Positions 59,030 to 64,000 of a DNA stretch of 64,000 nucleotides are shown here, in pieces. Under the pieces are notes generated by a model. That model did no database searches and was not told the DNA's origin. It saw nothing but the letters and a program-made list of their open reading frames with translations. The translations under genes were made by a program, and so were the position numbers. The DNA comes from Vicinamibacterales bacterium. Lineage in GTDB: Bacteria; Acidobacteriota; Vicinamibacteria; Vicinamibacterales; CAVVIG01. The first letter of the stretch is position 1. The number at the start of each line of letters is the position of its first letter. The stretch covers positions 5,273 to 69,272 of the forward strand of contig DATKHR010000379.1 in assembly GCA_035510155.1 (NCBI GenBank). Direction: 5' to 3'.

Positions 59030-59533
59030 ATGCTCTCCCTTGAGCAGTCTGCTACAGCCTGTATTTTCAATAACTTAAGCCGCTCAGCCCCTGACGGAGT
59101 TTACAGAACCGCAGTGGGCGCAGAACTTGATAGCTCGACTGCCGTGACCAAACCCAAGCAAATTCAGCGCGCCAGTGCCCGTCAACCGGTAACCCTTCCC
59201 GCCCGATTGACCTGGAAGGACCAACGCGGCGCGGCGCGTTTCGCCGCCGTGGTTGCCCGCAACATCAGCGAGCACGGCGTTTACGTCGAGTGTCATACGC
59301 CGGTATCGATCTCCTTGTACCGCCTCGTGCAGTTTCAGTTGGAGCGGGACCTCCAACGTGCGGACAATACCCTGCCGGCCGCCCTGCAGCAGGGGCGGGT
59401 TCTGTCCGCGGTTTACCGGGTTTCGCCGCCTTCGCCCTCGAAGCCGCAAGGGCTTGCACTCAGGCTCATGGTCGACCCGAAGCGGATCGTCACGCCCGCT
59501 TGCGCCAATATCGCGCAAGTCCTAGCCAGTTGA
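59030..59533 (+). CDS. PilZ-domain protein (putative c-di-GMP receptor)
   Basis: ORF as given. RASAR (RxxxR) and NISEHG (D/NxSxxG) lie about 27 residues apart. The start is uncertain; an alternative in-frame GTG 59144 would give 129 aa. The 3' end overlaps the convergent MBL gene by 44 nt. Confidence 0.6.
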   Translation: MLSLEQSATACIFNNLSRSAPDGVYRTAVGAELDSSTAVTKPKQIQRASARQPVTLPARLTWKDQRGAARFAAVVARNISEHGVYVECHTPVSISLYRLVQFQLERDLQRADNTLPAALQQGRVLSAVYRVSPPSPSKPQGLALRLMVDPKRIVTPACANIAQVLAS

Positions 59534-60401
59534 GATCGAAGCGGCCAGCCGCTTCATAGTCGCGCGCGTCGCTCTCGGGCAGCCGGCGGCGCAGGATCGC
59601 GCGTAACTCTTTGGTGAACCAAGCCTCCCGTTCTTCGTCCGTGCCGTGCATAGCGAGAGACCTCCTCGCCAGCTCGCTGACGAGATCGAGGTGATCTGCC
59701 GTCTCGGCGAGATGCGCCGCCGAGGGCCGGTGGGGACCGAAATGTGTGACGAACAGCGTGTCCGCGCTCCAGTGGCCGATGAGTGACAAGCTGCGGCGCC
59801 AGGCGTCCAGGTCGATGTCCGGCGGGGGCGTCGGCGGCAAGACGAAGCCGTGCTCCCTGAGCGTGATGCCGGCCGTGTCGCCGACGAAGGCGATGCCCGC
59901 CGCTTCGTTGAAGTAGCTCACATGATGCGAGGCGTGGCCTGGCGTGTAGATCACGTCGAACGCGCGTCCCCCTTCGGCGATCTGCTCGCCCCCCGCGAGG
60001 GCAGTGATGGCGCTCGAGGGAACCGGAAGCATCTCTCCCCAGAGGCGATCCATATCGCTGCCCCACAGCCGCGTCGCGCTCGCAATTAAACGCGCGGGAT
60101 CCACGAGATGCGGAGCGCCGCGTTCGTGCACGTAGACGCGCATCTGAGGATTCTGACGCACGAGCGTGCCGGTGGCTCCGGCGTGGTCGAGATGGATGTG
60201 CGTGAGCAGGAGCGCGCGCACGTCTGTCATGGCGATGCCCGACTGCCCGAGGGCTGTCTGTAGCGTGGCCAGCGTGCTCGACGGCCCCGGATCGATGAGC
60301 GCGACGCCGTTGGCACCATACAGCACCGCCGTCGCGATGACGCGCGGGACATTCACGAAGAAGAGATCGACGTAGGACAAGCCGGACGCAAGCGTTATCA
60401 T
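59490..60401 (-). CDS. MBL-fold metallo-hydrolase
   Basis: ORF 59490..60983(-) trimmed to ATG 60401 (MITLASGLSYV), which shares one base with the dedA stop (TGATG). Contains the LLLTHIHLDHAG motif. Confidence 0.85.
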   Translation of the reverse strand: MITLASGLSYVDLFFVNVPRVIATAVLYGANGVALIDPGPSSTLATLQTALGQSGIAMTDVRALLLTHIHLDHAGATGTLVRQNPQMRVYVHERGAPHLVDPARLIASATRLWGSDMDRLWGEMLPVPSSAITALAGGEQIAEGGRAFDVIYTPGHASHHVSYFNEAAGIAFVGDTAGITLREHGFVLPPTPPPDIDLDAWRRSLSLIGHWSADTLFVTHFGPHRPSAAHLAETADHLDLVSELARRSLAMHGTDEEREAWFTKELRAILRRRLPESDARDYEAAGRFDLNWLGLARYWRKRA

Positions 60402-60991
60402 CACGTCCTCTGTCGCCGGTTGCGGATCACCAGGAACACGGCGGTTCCGATCACGATGACCAGGCCGATGAGGCCCGTCCGCCCGATCCACTTCTCGAGA
60501 AGCACCCAGCTGCGCCCCAGGGCATACCCCGACAGAGCAATCACCGTGCACCATACAATGGCGCCGGCGGCGTTGTACACGACGAAGACGCGCCACGGCA
60601 TGCCGCTTCCACCGGCCAGGATGGCGCACACCACGCGCAGCCCCGTGATGAAACGTGCGATGAAGACCGTCTTCGCCCCGTAGCGCGTGAAGAAGCGATC
60701 GAATTCGGACAGACGCGCGGCGTTGAGGCCCACGCGCCAACCGTGCCGCTCGGCCAGCACGCGCCCACCGCGCCGGCCGATATAGAAACCTAGATTGTCG
60801 CCGAGCGTCGCACCCGCAATCGCGGTCACAATCACGCCCGGCAGCCAGAGCTGCCCAAAGTGCGCGAGGACCGCACCCGCCAGCAGGGCGGTCTCCCCAG
60901 GAACCGGCACGCCCATGTTCTCGAGGAAGACCCCGAGAAACACGACGACGTAGCCGTAGCGCGCGAACAGATCGAGCAGCCACTGCGGCAC
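60401..60991 (-). CDS. DedA-family membrane protein
   Basis: ORF as given, 196 aa: VVFLGVFLENMGVPVPGE..GDNLGFYIGRRGG. Confidence 0.88.
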   Translation of the reverse strand: MPQWLLDLFARYGYVVVFLGVFLENMGVPVPGETALLAGAVLAHFGQLWLPGVIVTAIAGATLGDNLGFYIGRRGGRVLAERHGWRVGLNAARLSEFDRFFTRYGAKTVFIARFITGLRVVCAILAGGSGMPWRVFVVYNAAGAIVWCTVIALSGYALGRSWVLLEKWIGRTGLIGLVIVIGTAVFLVIRNRRQRT

Positions 60992-61000
60992 AGGGTCGCG

Positions 61001-62746
61001 TCAGCGTCCGAGCAGCGCCGGTACGGGACGACCTGCCTTCGGCGGCCGGTACCCGGGACCGCGCAGGGGCCGGCCCGGACGCTCGGCCGTCATGACGCCG
61101 TCGGCAAGGATCCGCTTTCCGTTCACGAAGACGTGCCTGATCCCGGTTGCGTAGTGCTTCGGGTCGTCGAACGTCGACACGTCACGAATGGTGGATGGAT
61201 CGAAGATTGTGATGTCTGCCCTCATGCCTGGACGCAGGATTCCACGATCGGGCAGGCCCACGCGGGCGGCTGCTTTCGACGTCATCTTGCGAATCGCCTC
61301 CTCGAGGGGCAGCAGATGCTCGTCGCGCACGTAGTGGCCCAGAATCCGGGGAAACGCCCCCCAGGCGCGCGGATGCGACGTCGATTCCGACAGCTTCCCG
61401 TCTTCCGCCTGAGCGCCGGAATCGGTGCCGACGCCGACCAACCGATCTTTCAAGGCCGTCCGCACGTCGGCTTCATCCATTATCGAGGTAATGACTGAGG
61501 TCTCGTCGCGATCGGCGATGACCAGGTCCATCACCGCGTCTCGTGGGTCCTTCCCCATCGCCTGCCCGACGTCGGTCAACGACATGCCTTCGTACTTTCG
61601 AAGGTTCGGGTTGAGTACGGACGAAATCGTCACGCCGTCTCCGCCGCCCGCGCCCTGCCACTGATTCTCCCACGTTGTGGCGGCGGCATCGTTCATGTCC
61701 CGCTTGGCGCGCTCGCGCGCCGCGGAGTCGTGGAGGCGCGCGAGCATCTTCTCGAGACCGCCTTCGCGGATCCAGAGCGGCAGGCACGACGAGAGCCCGT
61801 TGGAGGCGCGCGTATAGGGGTACTGGTCGGCGGTCACGTCGAGACCGCGCGCGCGCGCCGCTTCGATCCGGCCGAGCACGTCCGCCATCCGACCGAAGTT
61901 GGGGCGATACGCCGTCTTGAGATGCCAGATCTCTGCTGGAATGGCCGCGCGTTGAGCGATCTGAAATACCTCCTCCAGCGATTCGAAGATGCGTGCGCTC
62001 TCGGAGCGCTGATGCGTGAAGTAGACCCCGCCATGGCGCGCGGCGACCTTCGCGAGCTCGACAATCTCATCGGTGGACGCGAAGCGATCCGGCACATATT
62101 GGAGCGAGGTGCTGAGGCCGAGCGCGCCCTGCTCCATTGCCTGCTCGACAAGCTGCCTCATCGAGTCGAGCTCGGAGGCCGTCGCCGGACGGTCGTCCTT
62201 GCCAATAACGTAGTTGCGGATGCTACCGGCCCCGACGAATGTGGCGATGTTGATGGCCGGATGAGAGCGGAGCTCGAGCCGGCGGAAGTAGTCGGCGAGC
62301 GTGCGCCAGTCCTGCGCCACGCCGAAATGTCGGGCGCTCGGCGCGGCCTCGCCGATCATCCGATCGTTGACGGGCGCGATCGACGAACCCTCCCCTGTCA
62401 CTTCTGTCGTCACGCCTTGGTAAACTTTGCTGGCCGCGCGGCCGTCGACGAGCACGTTGAACTCCGACTGGCCGAGCAGATCGATGAAGCCGGGTGCCAC
62501 GATCAAATTCGTCGCGTCGATGCGCACCGCAGCGCTGGCCTCCGATAGCGCGCCCACGGCCGCTATCGTGTCGCCAACAACCCCCACATCTGCACGAAAC
62601 CACGGCGCCCCCGTGCCATCAACGATTCGCCCATTTGTCATCAAAAAATCAAAGTGGGTGGCGGATCGCTCGACCGGCGCTTGTACGCCGACGAGGACAC
62701 CGAAACCAACAAGGGACAGCGCGCACGCGCGCAATCGGAAATGCAT
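61001..62746 (-). CDS. N-acyl-D-amino-acid deacylase (D-aminoacylase) family amidohydrolase
   Basis: ORF 61001..62812(-) trimmed to ATG 62746 (MHFRLRACALSLVGFGVLV signal). Contains GRIVDGTGAPWFRADVGVVGDTIAAVG and APGFIDLLGQSE. Confidence 0.8.
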   Translation of the reverse strand: MHFRLRACALSLVGFGVLVGVQAPVERSATHFDFLMTNGRIVDGTGAPWFRADVGVVGDTIAAVGALSEASAAVRIDATNLIVAPGFIDLLGQSEFNVLVDGRAASKVYQGVTTEVTGEGSSIAPVNDRMIGEAAPSARHFGVAQDWRTLADYFRRLELRSHPAINIATFVGAGSIRNYVIGKDDRPATASELDSMRQLVEQAMEQGALGLSTSLQYVPDRFASTDEIVELAKVAARHGGVYFTHQRSESARIFESLEEVFQIAQRAAIPAEIWHLKTAYRPNFGRMADVLGRIEAARARGLDVTADQYPYTRASNGLSSCLPLWIREGGLEKMLARLHDSAARERAKRDMNDAAATTWENQWQGAGGGDGVTISSVLNPNLRKYEGMSLTDVGQAMGKDPRDAVMDLVIADRDETSVITSIMDEADVRTALKDRLVGVGTDSGAQAEDGKLSESTSHPRAWGAFPRILGHYVRDEHLLPLEEAIRKMTSKAAARVGLPDRGILRPGMRADITIFDPSTIRDVSTFDDPKHYATGIRHVFVNGKRILADGVMTAERPGRPLRGPGYRPPKAGRPVPALLGR

Positions 62747-62835
62747 AAGCGGAAATGCTAGCAGAATGCGCGCGGTCGCACGCTTAAACCTTTCCTCGAG
62801 GCACTGGTCCAATCCATGCAGTGCCCCGATCGCAG

Positions 62836-64000
62836 ATGCGTCGTCGACCGATTGTCCTTGTATGTCTCGCGTTCTCCGGTTTCTTCACGTTGCTCGCTCC
62901 CGCGATGGCGCGGGCTCAAACGGTCGCCGCAGCGGGCGACGCTTCGATCTCCAAAGACGAATCGTCCGGCACGTGGATGCTCGAGGCAGGCGGTACGCGA
63001 CTGACGCTGTCCCTCGCCGCGAATCGCGACTTCGCCATCGAGCGCCTCGTGACGTCGTCCGGCGCGTCCTGGACGCGCGCCATTGCTTCCGATTCCATCG
63101 TCAAGGTCGGCAGCCAGACGGTTCCGCTCGGCGCGCGTCGGGCGGGCTTCACGCTGCAAGGAGTGGCCGTCGACACACAGGATCAGCGCCTGCAGTTGAA
63201 CGCGACCTTCGACCTTGCGTCCTCTTCCCTGCGCGTCACGCGGCACTACGCGATCGCGTCCGGGTCACCGACATTCGAGGCGTGGAATACATACGCGCCC
63301 ACCGGCGGCACACCCGTGCTGTCCGACCTGAACGCCCTGCAACTCGTCATCACCCCCGGCATCGTCCACTCGCTGAGCGGCCTGATGGGCGACAACGCCG
63401 ATGTGAAGGCTGACGGAGAGTTCACGCTCTCCTCGCGGTCGGCCAGCACTACGCAGCCGTTCTCCATTGGCGCGACGGGCCGCTCCTCCGAGTCGTCAGT
63501 CCCCTGGATCGCGGTGGACGGGGGGAACTCGAGCGAGTTCTACCTGTCTTTGATGTGGTCCGGCGCGTGGTCGATGACGGCGACCCCCTCCGGGTCGGGC
63601 CTGTCAATCGTCGCCGGGTTGGCGCCGATGACGACCAGGCTCGTGGCTACGATGGACGGCCCACATGTCCTGTTTGGCGCCGTGGTCGGAGGCCGGCCCG
63701 AAGCAGCCGCTGCGCTCGGGTCGTATATCGTGAACGGCGTGCGCGCCGGACGCGCGCTGACGCCGCTCGTCACGTACAACACCTGGTTCGCGTACGGCAC
63801 GGAGATCGACGAAGCGTCGATGATGGCTGAGATGGATTCGGCTGCCGCGCTCGGCGCGGAGCTGTTCGTGATCGATGCCGGCTGGTACGTCGGGGCAGGC
63901 GCTGCCGGGCCGTCCGACTTCGACGCGGGCCTGGGCTCCTGGACACCGGATCCAGCGCGATTCCCCAACGGTCTCCGCCCCCTGCGCGACCACGCGCACG
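62836..64000 (+). CDS. secreted alpha-galactosidase-like glycoside hydrolase (GH36-like), 3' end cut by window edge
   Basis: Not in the ORF track because there is no stop in the window. My translation of the frame starting at ATG 62836 gives MRRRPIVLVCLAFSGFFTLLAPAMARAQ (signal) ... VTYNTWFAYGTEIDEASMMAEMDSAAALGAELFVIDAGWY..GSWTPDPARFPNGLRPL. The last in-frame stop is at 62785-62787. Confidence 0.6.
   Translation, partial: MRRRPIVLVCLAFSGFFTLLAPAMARAQTVAAAGDASISKDESSGTWMLEAGGTRLTLSLAANRDFAIERLVTSSGASWTRAIASDSIVKVGSQTVPLGARRAGFTLQGVAVDTQDQRLQLNATFDLASSSLRVTRHYAIASGSPTFEAWNTYAPTGGTPVLSDLNALQLVITPGIVHSLSGLMGDNADVKADGEFTLSSRSASTTQPFSIGATGRSSESSVPWIAVDGGNSSEFYLSLMWSGAWSMTATPSGSGLSIVAGLAPMTTRLVATMDGPHVLFGAVVGGRPEAAAALGSYIVNGVRAGRALTPLVTYNTWFAYGTEIDEASMMAEMDSAAALGAELFVIDAGWYVGAGAAGPSDFDAGLGSWTPDPARFPNGLRPLRDHAH

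Overview
This is a high-GC bacterial chromosomal segment, densely packed with about 60 protein-coding genes. Almost all are recognisable housekeeping or envelope functions. They include a ribD-ftsY-gpsA-plsY-thpR-cinA-pgpA string, an NtrY-like kinase with a sigma-54 activator, nrdR, purC, and groES/groEL behind two CIRCE operators. Also present are tonB, tatA, selB, rnr, gatB, pckA, ispH, two ECF sigma/anti-sigma pairs, a TolC-MacAB-RND efflux operon and folK. The rest comprise a TesA/YbbA/YbbP-like module, zwf-opcA, a large TPR sigma-54 activator, a PilZ protein, DedA, a D-aminoacylase and an alpha-galactosidase-like gene. Gene content, such as a VWA protein of the kind typical for Acidobacteria, suggests Acidobacteriota, but that is inference only. 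I found no rRNA, tRNA, CRISPR array, transposase, integrase or phage genes. The window looks like core genome rather than an accessory island, and I cannot point to a convincing novel multi-gene system. Two edge genes are absent from the ORF track because they are open at the window border: ribD at 1-954 and a glycosidase at 62836-64000. The most unusual signal is non-coding. A set of heptamer-periodic, self-complementary repeat elements (9973-10186, 19118-19227, 51783-51958, plus a solo array at 5774-5794) sits exactly on gene boundaries. Their consensus units are stop-free in all six frames, and flanking ORFs read through them. Three other items deserve a look. An AT-richer orphan 94-codon gene has its own promoter, and its stop overlaps a probable CTG start of glycerate kinase. 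Two head-to-head gene pairs have start codons that overlap on a CATG. Four-nucleotide start/stop overlaps are pervasive.
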